Positions 37,878 to 57,666 of a stretch of 64,000 nt of DNA are shown piece by piece; the stretch's first letter is position 1, and each line of letters starts with the position of its first letter. Source of the stretch: the human T2T-CHM13v2.0 reference genome, Homo sapiens. Where the stretch lies: the NCBI RefSeq assembly GCF_009914755.1, contig NC_060947.1, one strand, 5' to 3'. A program made the translations under genes and the position numbers. Below the pieces are notes generated by a model that saw nothing but the letters and a program-made list of their open reading frames with translations, was not told where the DNA came from and did not search any database.

Positions 37878-38525
37878 GGAACAGGTGCAGGTGCAGGTAC
37901 AGATACAAATACAGGTACAGGAGCAGGTATAGAGTACAGGTGCAGGTGCAGGCACAGGAACAAACACAGGTACAGGTGTAAGTTCAGGTACAGACGCAGG
38001 TATAGAGTACAGGTGCAGGGCAGGTACAGGTGAGGGTTCAGGTCAATTGCAGGTACATGTGAGGGTGCAGGTGCGTCAGGCTCTGCTGCCTTCTAGATGG
38101 GAGTGGGAACAGGTACAGGTGCACGTGCAGGTGAAAGTGCACGTACTGGTACAGATTGAGGTGCAGGTGCAGATATAGGTGAGGTGCAGGTAAAGGTACA
38201 GGTGCAGGTACAGGTACATGTTACTTTAGGCAGCAAAAGGGACTTTCTACATGTGATTAAAGATCTTGGGTTTGGGAGAATATTCAGGTGCAGGTACAGT
38301 TTTGGGTGCAGGTACAGGTTCAGGGTCAAATACAGGTGCAGGTATAGGTACAGGTGCATTTGCAGGTACAGGTGCAGGTTCACGTGTAGGCTCAGGCACA
38401 GATACAGGTACAGATACCAGTGCAGACACAGGTACAGGTACAGGTATAGATGTAGGTGCTGGTAAAGATAAAGGTGGAGGTGTCGATACAGGTATAGGCA
38501 TAGGTAAAAGTACAGCCACAGGCAG
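37878..38525. repeat. Degenerate hexamer repeat (RCAGGT)n
   Basis: acaggtgcaggtgcaggtacagat... Confidence 0.9.
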
Positions 38526-38527
38526 GC

Positions 38528-40687
38528 GGAGGTGCAGATGTCACTGCAGGGACAGGGACGGGGGAGGTCCAGATGTCACTGCAGGGACAGGGACAGGTCT
38601 GGGTGCAGATGTCACTGCAGGGACAGGGACAGGTGTGGGTGCAGATGTCACTGCAGGGACAGGGACAGGTGTGGGTGCAGATGTCACTGCAGGGACAGGG
38701 ACAGGTGGGGGTGCCGATGTCACTGCAGGGACAGGGACACGGGGAGGTGCAGATGTCACTGCAGGGACAGGGACAGGGGGAGGTGCAGATGTCACTGCAG
38801 GGACAGGGACAGGTGTGGGTGCAGATGTCACTGCAGGGACAGGGACAGGGGGAGGTGCAGATGTCACTGCAGGGACAGGGACAGGTGTGGGTGCAGATGT
38901 CACTGCAGGGACAGGGACAGGTGGAGGTGCAGATGTCACTGCAGGGACAGGGACAGGTGTGGGTGCAGATGTCACTGCAGGGACAGGGACGGGGAGGTGC
39001 AGATGTCACTGCAGGGACAGGGACAGGGGAGGTGCAGATGTCACTGCAGGGACAGGGACAGGGGGAGGTGCAGATGTCACTGCAGGGACAGGGACAGGGG
39101 GAGGTGCAGATGTCACTGCAGGGACCGGGACAGGGGGAGGTGCAGATGTCACTGCAGGGACAGGGACCGGTGTGGGTGCAGATGTCACTGCAGGGACAGG
39201 GACAGGGGGAGGTGCAGATGTCACTGCAGGGACAGGGACCGGTGTGGGTGCAGATGTCACTGCAGGGACAGGGACAGGGGGAGGTGCAGATGTCACTGCA
39301 GGGACAGGGACAGGGGGAGGTGCAGATGTCACTGCAGGGACAGGGACAGGGGGAGGTGCAGATGTCACTGCAGGGACAGGGACAGGTGTGGGTGCAGATG
39401 TCACTGCAGGGACAGGGACAGGTGGGGGTGCAGATGTCACTGCAGGGACAGGGACAGGTGGGGGTGCCGATGTCACTGCAGGGACAGGGACAGGGGGAGG
39501 TGCAGATGTCACTGCAGGGACAGGGACGGGGGAGGTGCAGATGTCACTGCAGGGACAGGGACAGGGGGAGGTGCAGATGTCACTGCAGGGACAGGGACCG
39601 GTGTGGGTGCAGATGTCACTGCAGGGACAGGGACAGGGGGAGGTGCAGATGTCACTGCAGGGACAGGGACAGGGGGAGGTGCAGATGTCACTGCAGGGAC
39701 AGGGACAGGGGGAGGTGAAGATGTCACTGCAGGGACAGGGACAGGTGTGGGTGCAGATGTCACTGCAGGGACAGGGACAGGTGTGGGTGCAGATGTCACT
39801 GCAGGGACAGGGACAGGTGTGGGTGCAGATGTCACTGCAGGGACAGGGACAGGGGGAGGTGCAGATGTCACTGCAGGGACAGGGACAGGGGGAGGTGCAG
39901 ATGTCACTGCAGGGACAGGGACAGGGGGAGGTGCAGATGTCACTGCAGGGACAGGGACAGGGGGAGGTGCAGATGTCACTGCAGGGACAGGGACAGGTGT
40001 GGGTGCAGATGTCACTGCAGGGACAGGGACAGGTGTGGGTGCAGATGTCACTGCAGGGACAGGGACAGGTGGGGGTGCAGATGTCACTGCAGGGACAGGG
40101 ACCGGTGTGGGTGCAGATGTCACTGCAGGGACAGGGACAGGTGGAGGTGCAGATGTCACTGCAGGGACAGGGACAGGGGGAGGTGCAGATGTCACTGCAG
40201 GGACAGGGACCGGTGTGGGTGCAGATGTCACTGCAGGGACAGGGACAGGTGGAGGTGCAGATGTCACTGCAGGGACAGGGACAGGTGTGGGTGCAGATGT
40301 CACTGCAGGGACAGGGACAGGGGGAGGTGCAGATGTCACTGCAGGGACAGGGACAGGGGGAGGTGCAGATGTCACTGCAGGGGCAGGGACAGGGGGAGGT
40401 GCAGATGTCACTGCAGGGACAGGGACAGGGGGAGGTGCAGATGTCACTGCAGGGACAGGGACAGGTGTGGGTGCAGATGTCACTGCAGGGACAGGGACAG
40501 GGGGAGGTGCAGATGTCACTGCAGGGACAGGGACAGGGGGAGGTGCAGATGTCACTGCAGGGACAGCGACAGGGGAGGTGCAGATGTCACTGCAGGGACA
40601 GCGACAGGGGGAGGTGCAGATGTCACTGCAGGGACAGGGACAGGTGTGGGTGCAGATGTCACTGCAGGGACAGGGACAGGTGTGGGT
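38528..40687. repeat. 36-bp G-rich minisatellite, ~60 copies
   Basis: gcagatgtcactgcagggacagggacagg(tgtg/ggga)ggt. Confidence 0.98.
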
Positions 40688-40862
40688 AAGCATATACCTC
40701 CTCCACGTTTGCACACTCAGGTCCATGCCTTCGCCTTCTCCACAGGTTGTCTGTAAGAACCATTTCATTGGAAAGAAAATGACACGAGAGGAGGATTCAG
40801 CCAGAGGTGGGAAGACAGCTGCAAATGCCTTCCCCAACTCCCGGGGAAGGGTGGAAATGGGG

Positions 40863-42005
40863 TACACACCACACAGTCGCTAACACAAACACACACATCA
40901 CACCACACACGAATACACACCAATACACACCATACACACATGCAGTGCACACATATATATACACACCACACACGTATACCACACACTCACTAATGCAAAG
41001 TGACACGTAACTTATACAGATACTGCACATACACCACGCACTCACTGACACAAACACACAAGCACACACATCACACCACACATGTATACACACTATACAC
41101 ACATACATTGCACACACATGTATACACACCGATGCACAACATACATGCAATGCACACATATGTATATACACCATGCACTCGCACACACCACACAAATATT
41201 CCACACACTCGTTAATGCAGTCACACATGAATACACACCATTACACAGCATGCACACACACTGCACACATGTGTATATACACCACACACTCACATACACC
41301 ACACACATACCACTCACTAACACAAACACACAAACACACATATCACACCACACACGAATACACACCAGTACACACCATACAGACATACACTGCACACACA
41401 TGTATACACAGCACACACTACACACATATATACCACACACTCACTAATGCAAAGTCACACATAACACATACATAACTACACACATACCACACACTAACAC
41501 ACACACATCACACCACACACGAATACACACCAGTACACACCAGACTTACACTGCACACACAAGTATACACACCACAGTCACACACACCACACATATACCA
41601 CACACTAATGCGAAGTCACACATAACTCACACATAACTACACACATACCACACACTAACACAAACACAGAAACACACGTATCACACCGCACACGAATACA
41701 CACCAGACACACTAATGCAAAGTCACAGATAATGCATACATGACTACACACATACCACACACTCACACAAACACACATATCATACCACACACAAATACAC
41801 ACCACTACACACCATACACACATACACTGCACAGACATGTATACACACCACACTCACACACAGCACACACTTATTCCACACGCTCACTAATGCAAATTAT
41901 GCATAACTCACACAGGTACTAGACACACCACAGACACTACACCCATAGATACACACACACCACACACTGACACAAACACACACATATAATGCATACCACA
42001 CAAAT
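40863..42005. repeat. Degenerate (CA)-rich array with recurrent landmark
   Basis: cactaatgc(a/g)aagt.acac recurs ~40988, 41442, 41603, 41710, 41885. Confidence 0.92.
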
Positions 42006-42240
42006 ATCCATCTTTCTGGACCCCCTGGTATAGGATATGGGGAACCCGTCAGTCTGGTAAACACAGGGACCCAGGCTGAGCAGTAGGGACCCCCCAGCGG
42101 ATCATCCTTCAGCCCCTGGTATGACACCCGGCAGAGACCAGGTCCCCCATAAATGCTTGTCGTCATCTACAAATTAGACTTTTTATATAACTCAAAAATT
42201 TAAGGTGCAAAATGCATATCAGACATTCCAAGAAACGTGA

Positions 42241-42618
<378 letters not shown>

Positions 42619-42734
42619 CACAAAATGGGGTCTTTACGTGAAGACACAGCCTGGGACAAAATAACTGAGTGATGGTGTAGGTGACCCTTGATGAGAACAC
42701 CCAGTTTTGGTTCGTTGGCCTCCAAAGTCCACGA

Positions 42735-42860
42735 ACGGTTGTCTTGGGTGAGTTCCTAACCGTTGCCTCATTTCAGCTCCATTTTCTCATGTGAGCATAT
42801 GGAATGCTAATAGCATGTACCTGGCAGAGGTATAGGACTCAACCAATGTGATGTTGAAGT
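42735..42860 (+). mobile_element. MIR-like fragment
   Basis: cttgggtgagttcctaacc...ttttctcatgtgagcatatggaatgctaatagc. Confidence 0.4.
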
Positions 42861-42933
42861 TGTACTTGCGGGGCCTCAGCCTGAGATACTTGGACGAGGT
42901 TGTACCCAGGATTGTGCATGTCGGGGGTCCCTC

Positions 42934-43264
<331 letters not shown>

Positions 43265-43480
43265 TCAGAGGCATGGTCCTGAGATGTCAGGACAAATTTG
43301 TGCCTGGAATTCCATGTTTGAGGTTCTCCAGGGATAGTCCCTTGGTGGAGAGAGACTTCTACACTTCTACCAAAAGATTCTGTATTTAGAGTCTCTCAAT
43401 ACTATGTGTCCCATGGTCTGCCGTGGAGACACACCTCTACATCTTTCCAGTGTGTGACTCTGATTTAAAAAATCATAAGA

Positions 43481-43994
<514 letters not shown>

Positions 43995-44339
43995 TCAGTG
44001 AAAGTCGTTGGTGAATGGCTTTAACTTACTGTAATTTATTTCATGCAGTTCCATTAACTTGGGTCTGTTGAAGCTTGTGTACGTGAAAATGAAACCGGTC
44101 GTGAGCTTTGAAAATCCACAGAGTTTTACATGAAAGTGGTCTTTTACCTGAAAGCACACTCATCGACTCCGTGCAGTCTTGGAATCTGGGATTCCCTTTG
44201 AAGGTAATACCCACAATTATTTGTGTTTCATAAATATGGAATTACGCGTTCATACTCCTGGTTATTAACTGGGATATGGCTTTTAAATCTAACTGTTAGT
44301 CATTGAAATCCTTTGCTGAATAAATTGAATCAGTTTCTA

Positions 44340-45075
<736 letters not shown>

Positions 45076-45080
45076 ACCCC

Positions 45081-45385
45081 TTTGTTTTTTTGTTTGTTTT
45101 TGTTTTTGTTTTTTTGAGACAGTCTCGCTCTGTCACCCAGGCTGGAGTGCAGTGGCATCATCTCGGCTCACTCCGCCTCCCAGGTTCAAGCAATTCTCCT
45201 GTCTCAGCCTCCAGAGTAGCTGGGACTACGGGCGCGTGCCAGCACGCCCGGCTGATTTTTGAATTTTTAGTAGAGACGGGGTTTCACCGTGTTGGCCAGG
45301 CCGGTCTCGAACTCCTGACCTCGTGATCCACCTGCCTCGGCCTCCTGAAGTGCTGGGATTACAAGCGTGAGCCACTATGCCCAGA
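45081..45385 (-). mobile_element. AluS (Sg-like)
   Basis: Reverse-complement dimer. Confidence 0.93.
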
Positions 45386-45611
45386 CTGTTTTTTTAATTA
45401 AGCTTTTTTTCCTCATGATCCAGTTTTCTCTTCTGAGTAGGTAAGAAAACCCCCAAACTCTAGGCTGATCCTCTGAACTTCTCCATCTCAAACCTGAGCC
45501 GTGTGCCAGAGGACGATGCCTCCGGGGTAGCATTTGGCTTCAGGGGACTTCCTCACCACCCCTCCCCACTCTGGTGAGGCTGGGAATGTAATTCCACCTG
45601 TGTGGGTACTT

Positions 45612-45911
45612 GACCCGGGCACGGTGGCTCACGCCTGTCATCCCAGCACTTTGGGAGGCCGAGGTAGATGGATCTCCTGAGGCCGGGAGTTTGAGACCAG
45701 CCTGGCCAACATGGAGAAACCCCATCTCTACTGAAAACACAAAAATTAGCCGGACCTGTTGGCTCATGCCTGTCATCCCAGCTACTCGGGAGGCTGAGGC
45801 AGGTGAATCGCTTGAACCCGGGAGGCGGAGGTGGCAGTGAGCCGAGATCACACCATATTGCACTCCAGCCTGGGCGACAAGAGTGAAACTCCATCTCAAA
45901 AAAAGAAAAAA
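45612..45911 (+). mobile_element. AluS
   Basis: Full dimer. Confidence 0.93.
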
Positions 45912-46226
45912 GGAACAAATTCACAGCATTTTCACGCAACGTCCATTCTACCTGGAAGCACTCAAGGACATCATAGATTCTTGGAACATGCGATTCCTTT
46001 TGAAGGCAACCCCAGCTGTGACCTGCATGGTATGCACGTAGGCTAGTGTGCACACACCGACAAGCTAATAGTCTCAGCCCCGCTGGCCGAGACAAGGGGG
46101 ACTTCCCAGACCCACGGGCGTAACTCCCACCATGACTGTGAGATGTGACTGACCCTGAATGCTGCTGCTGGTGGCTACTCCCTCCAGCCCTGTTGATCAT
46201 CCAACTTCTCTATCCCAAGATGTGTC

Positions 46227-46858
<632 letters not shown>

Positions 46859-47499
46859 TGACGATGTCCAGGGCTGGCACAAGCTTCTAACTTTTCTGTG
46901 TACCTTTGGTAACAGTTACCGTGAAACTCTGACTCTCCCATGTAGGAAGCCGATATCCATGCTACCGCTGAACCCTCTCCATCCCACCTGTGGTCAACCC
47001 TCTCTCCATCTTATAGCCAGTTTCCATCATCCCCATTTACAAAGCTACCCTGGGTTTCCCTCTGTTTTCCCTCGCCGTGAAATATCAAGTTAGGAAAACC
47101 TCGCTGGAAAATCTCAGGGAACAATGTAGGAAGTCAGATTTCACGTCTGAAATCGGGGAAAAATGGAGACAGCTACGGTGCTTTTCCATGAGTGATAATT
47201 TCCTTTTCTACCCCTCCCTTGTTCCCTGGCAGTTGGGTTTACGATCGGCGGCAGACGGATGGCTTTTTATGAGTTTCGTATTTTTCATAAGGCCACACTT
47301 CATTATTCGTATGTTGGGATGTCTTCTGCTTGCGTTCTAAATCATGCTGCGAAATAAACTTAAACGAGAGAGAACATGATAAGCACCGTATTGTTTGTTT
47401 TTTATTTTGTTTTGTTCTGTTTTTGTTTTTGCTTTTGTTTTCTGCTCCCTGTTTGCAAATAAAGAGAATTGCCAAACTTGATTAAAAGTTGGTAGTTAA

Positions 47500-47880
<381 letters not shown>

Positions 47881-47974
47881 TTACTTTAAACGGATGGTAG
47901 GAAAAGTTTGTTGTTTTTGTTTGTTTGTTGTTTTGGTTTGTTTGTTGTTTTTGTTTGTTTTTTGTTTGATGTTT

Positions 47975-49055
<1,081 letters not shown>

Positions 49056-49095
49056 GTTCAGCCTCTACCAACCTGGAATATGCTGCTACTTCATA

Positions 49096-49404
<309 letters not shown>

Positions 49405-49407
49405 AAG

Positions 49408-49603
49408 CCTTTCGTTCTGTCCAATCAGTCCTTCCACTGATTGGATACGGCCCACCCACGTTGGGAAAGGCAATCTACTTTGCTCCGTGCATGGATTCAA
49501 ATGCTCCTCTCATCCAGAGACCCTCCCACACACCTTGAATCGTGTCTGACCACACATCTGGGCACCCCGTGGCCCAGTCAACTGGACACATAAGTACCCA
49601 ACA
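49408..49603 (-). mobile_element. MLT2 (ERVL) LTR fragment
   Basis: actgattggat..ggcccacccac.ttggg..gggcaatct.cttt, tctgggcaccccgtggcccagtcaa.tggacacataa. Confidence 0.8.
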
Positions 49604-50010
49604 CATTCTCTCCCTTGCTTTTGCCTCTAGACTAGATCATTCCCATCTGCAGAGAGACACACAGCCATTTTTTTCAGGTAAAACAATTTTTTCGAGTACA
49701 TTCCCCCAAGGCTTCACCCCATCTCTTTGCTCCTTTTCCTAGCATAGCAGGACGTGGGTTTAGATGGCGCTTGAGTTTCTCCAGCATCGTCTTCATGCTC
49801 CCCTTTTCTCTCACTTCCTTCACTGCACACACCTGGGTCTCACCAAGATCCCTACTAACCCCCAGTGATAAGTGCACCACTGGGTCACCTTTCCTGCACC
49901 GACTAGCATGGTGGACTCAGCTATCACCCCTTTCTCCTTGACTCACTCGGCTTCTAGAGTTCCACACCCTCTCTGTCTTCCTCCTACCCCTCTGGCAACT
50001 TCTCTCCAGT

Positions 50011-50052
50011 TGCGTTAGTCTATTCTCACACCGCTAATAAAGACATATCTGA
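50011..50052 (-). mobile_element. THE1/MST LTR terminal stub
   Basis: tgcgttagtctattctcacaccgctaataaagacatatctga. Confidence 0.65.
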
Positions 50053-50254
50053 AGCCGGGTGCGGTGGCTCACGTCTGTCATCCCAGCACTTTGGGAGGCC
50101 GAGGCGGGCGGATCACGAGGTCGGGAGATCGAGACCATCCTGGCTAACACGGTGAAACCTCGTCTCTACTAAAAATACAAAAAATTATTTTTGGGAGGCC
50201 CACCTCGGCCTCCCAAAGTGCTGGGATGACAGGTGTGAGCCACCGCGCCTGGCC
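50053..50254. mobile_element. Fold-back Alu: + strand Y-type left arm fused to - strand Alu head
   Basis: gccgggtgcggtggctcac... then ...gtgagccaccgcgcctggcc. Confidence 0.9.
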
Positions 50255-50763
50255 CCATATCACCAGATAGAATGTTCTAGAATGTTTTTCCAGAAGGATG
50301 TAGTCAGTCACAAACTCACTTCTTCTCCCTGAGCCACTCCCCTCCTTTTAACAGGCAAACTGTCCACTGCCTCCCTGGCTTTGACCCCGAATACTTTTTC
50401 TCATTTCCATCAACATACCAGTTTTCTCACACGCTATGTAATTTTTGTATTTTTAGTAGAGACGGGGTTTCACCTTGTTGGCCAGGATGATCTTGATGTC
50501 TTGACCTTATGATCCCCCTACCTCGGCCTCGCAAAGTGCTGGGATGACAGGCGTGAGCCACCGCACCCGGCCCCATATCACCAGATAGAATGTTCTAGAA
50601 CGTTTTTCCGGAAAGATGTAGTCAGCCACAAACTCACTTCTTCTCCCTGAGCCACCCCCCTCCTTTTAAGAGGCAAACTGTCCACTGCCTCGCTGGCTTT
50701 GACCCCGAATACTTTTTCTCATTTCCATCAACATACCGGTTTTCTCACACACTATGTAATTTT
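50203..50763. repeat. Tandem duplication (~318-bp period) of Alu head + ~190 bp flank
   Basis: ccccatatcaccagatagaatgttctagaa...ctatgtaatttt at 50253 and 50571. Confidence 0.92.
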
Positions 50764-51421
50764 CTTGTTTATTTCAGAGTTCCTTCTCTCTCTGATGAAG
50801 GGGTACGTTTCACCAGGACGGGGGTCTTGGTTTTGTCCTCTCCAAACAGTGCCTGACGTATGACATGTGCATTTACGGGATGAAGGAGGGAAACTTCAAA
50901 CCCTCCCGGGTACCACCTTTGAAGCTGTCGGAAAGCGCTTTGGTGACCCCCATCTCTTTGGCACAGAGCATTTCGCCCCTTGTCAGCCTCATGCTATCAA
51001 CATTCCTTGCCCGACTGTCTTTCGTTTCTGCGTAGGTGATATATGAGCCCGTGCTGTTCCCTGCCTCTTTCAACCTATTAAATTGCTTTCACTTCTAATG
51101 AGAGACAGAGGTTTTCCTGCTTCACAGAGCCTCGTAAGCATCTGCTTGCAGACCTGAGACCTGATGAGGTGCTAATAAAATCCAGCAGAGGATGTGGCAC
51201 CCACCAGCATCTCTGCGTCACATTTGTGTAATGTATGGCTCTAATCTGACCAGGTTTTCATGAGGAGCTTTGGAGGAATGTGTCTCAGCACCCTGAACAC
51301 TCTGCAGTTACCTCCGCTCCGGGGACCAAGGCCTGTGTCTCATTCCCGAGCATCATCCGTGTAGGAATGGCCTGCCCGCCTAGCTCAGAAAAGGAAGCCT
51401 GCCCTGGCTGCTTGTTTTTGA

Positions 51422-52289
<868 letters not shown>

Positions 52290-52674
52290 ATGGGGTGATA
52301 TCCACGTCTGCGTCCTTAAAATGAGGGACGGTCATCTACTTTCGACGATTTCCTTTGCTGAGCTTTGCCGAGCACCGTGACAAATCAGCTGAGCTCGCAG
52401 ACACACCATGGGTAAGTAGGAGATGATTGTCATCCAAGGGCTAAGTTAATCCCCTCTTTCATATTTACCTTACACTTACCAGCTCCCACTTTAAGGTCCA
52501 TTAAAATAAAGCTCTCTGAGTCCCCAGAGAAACGGCTCTCACCAGTGAGCCGGAGGGGAAAACGTGTCAGTCAAGCTATTATTGGTGCTAATTAGCTGCT
52601 GTGCCGGCTGAGAGAAAGCGCGGCTGCAGACACGTGTCAGTCAGAGAGGCATCTTTCTCCCCGCCTTGGCACGC

Positions 52675-52746
52675 ATCTCTGCCTTTTTGCCATCTTCTGC
52701 CTTTGGTCATCTTCTGCCTTTGGTCATCTTCTGCCTTTTTGCCATC
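52675..52746. repeat. 17-18-bp tandem repeat x4
   Basis: catcttctgccttt(gg/tt). Confidence 0.85.
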
Positions 52747-53014
52747 ACGGAAACTGTCTCCAAACTAAGCAAACAGGTCTCAGGGATCAACAGGAATGAT
52801 ATCCACCCTCCTGAGGGTTCCTTTGCTCCTGGATCTTGAATACTCCCAGAGACCCCCAACTGTAGGCCAAAAGCCGATGCCAGGTCTGCAGAGGAGGCCC
52901 CTGTGAAAATGGCCAGCTGATAACTATTATTACGTTGCTTTTTTTCATTTGGAAAGTCTGTGGGAGTGTCCCCGAGTTTAAGTCAGGAAGGAACATTTAA
53001 AAACAGAATCTTCC

Positions 53015-55800
<2,786 letters not shown>

Positions 55801-56254
55801 AAAAAAAAACAAAAAAAAAAACAAACAAAAAAAAAACAGAAAACCGCATCGTCTCCAAGGCACTGGGGAGACTCCAGCTACAAAGACAAACAGGTGCGCA
55901 GGGGATTTTTCATTAAAGCGACAGGAATTTTCTCCATTTTTAAGTATCGTAAACATATACAACACACAGGAAATGAGTCCTCGGAGGCTGTTTGGGCCCA
56001 GAGCAGCAGAGATAATTAGGTTAGTGAAGTAATTGAAATACAATATCACAGGATAGCTTGGCCGTCCTTCCCGTCTTTATTAGGGTGGATTATACCTGCT
56101 TGAGAGATTATTTATAGCCTCGTGGTATCCTGGTAATAAAAGATTGGTAATGGAAAAGTGTATCTAAACAGGACACGGATGACATCAGCATTGCAAATTT
56201 TTCTGAGCAAATGAGAAGGGAAGAGATAGTATAAAATTATTAATAAATTACGTT

Positions 56255-56687
56255 AGGCACCGTGGCTCACGCCTGTCATCCCAGCACTTTGGGAAGCCGA
56301 GGTAGGTGGATGACCTGAGGTCAGGAGTTCGAGACCAGCCTGGCCAACACAGAGAAACCCCGTCTCTACTAAAAATACAAAAATTAGCCAGGCGTGGTGG
56401 TGCATGCCTGTCATCCCAGCACTTTGGGAGTCTGATGCAGGCGGATCACCTGAGGTTGGGAGTTCGACACCAGCCTGGCCAACATGGTGAAACCCCATCT
56501 CTACCAAGATACAAAAATGAGCTGGGCGTGGTGGTGGGCACCTGTAATCCCAGCTACTCAGGAGGGAGGCCGAGGCAGGAGAATGGCGTGAACCCGGGAG
56601 GCGGAGGTTGCAGTCAGCTGAGATTGCACCACTGCACTCCAGCCTGGGAGACAGAGGGAGACTCCATGTCAAAAAAAAAAAAAAAAA
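56255..56687 (+). mobile_element. Compound Alu: two left arms + Y-type right arm
   Basis: Two tgtcatcccagcactttggga units; gagaatggcgtgaacccggg. Confidence 0.9.
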
Positions 56688-56689
56688 TT

Positions 56690-57030
56690 ATCCAAGAGAA
56701 GAGATACATGGAGCAGAGTATAGGAGAGGCAGGCACAAGCTTCTTGTTGTCTCTTCCCAGTGGAAGGGTAGACCCAGCTTCTCCCAGCCATGATGTGTGA
56801 CAGCAAACGCAAGATATTGCCAAGTAGATAAGTTCATCCACGTCTGGAATTCCAGGGTCTTTACTGGGGGGATGGTCTACACAGGAGGAACCTCCTGCTT
56901 GGCTGACTTCAGGATCCAGCCCTTCCAGAGGTGAAGGTGAATCCATGTTCCCCCAAACCCCGCCGCAGATCACATGGCAGCTTAAGTAACCTGGTGTGGC
57001 CCAGACCACGCAGCACGGCCCAAGACACCC
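56690..57030. mobile_element. MER21/MER77-like LTR fragment
   Basis: caggcacaagcttc...tcttcccagtgga, tctcccagc.atgatgtgtgaca, atattgccaa, ccagggtctttactgggg, ggtgtggccca. Confidence 0.55.
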
Positions 57031-57094
57031 GGGCAAACGCGGACGTTTTTCCTGGGGTCCTTGGAATGTTCTGCCTGATAAGAGTGTCCTTCTG

Positions 57095-57662
<568 letters not shown>

Positions 57663-57666
57663 CTGC

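Noticed and set aside
38528-40687. PRDM9 13-mer CCNCCNTNNCCNC in the 36-bp unit
   Set aside because: The C-rich strand of the common variants checked by eye (cctccccctgtcc) does not fit the consensus; a PWM scan would be needed.
38266-40883. 807-aa and 783-aa ORFs ([10 protein letters not shown] repeats, mucin/adhesin-like)
   Set aside because: They are translations of a stop-poor 36-bp minisatellite, open in several frames on both strands, with frames swapping at 1-bp indels; no splice or promoter evidence.
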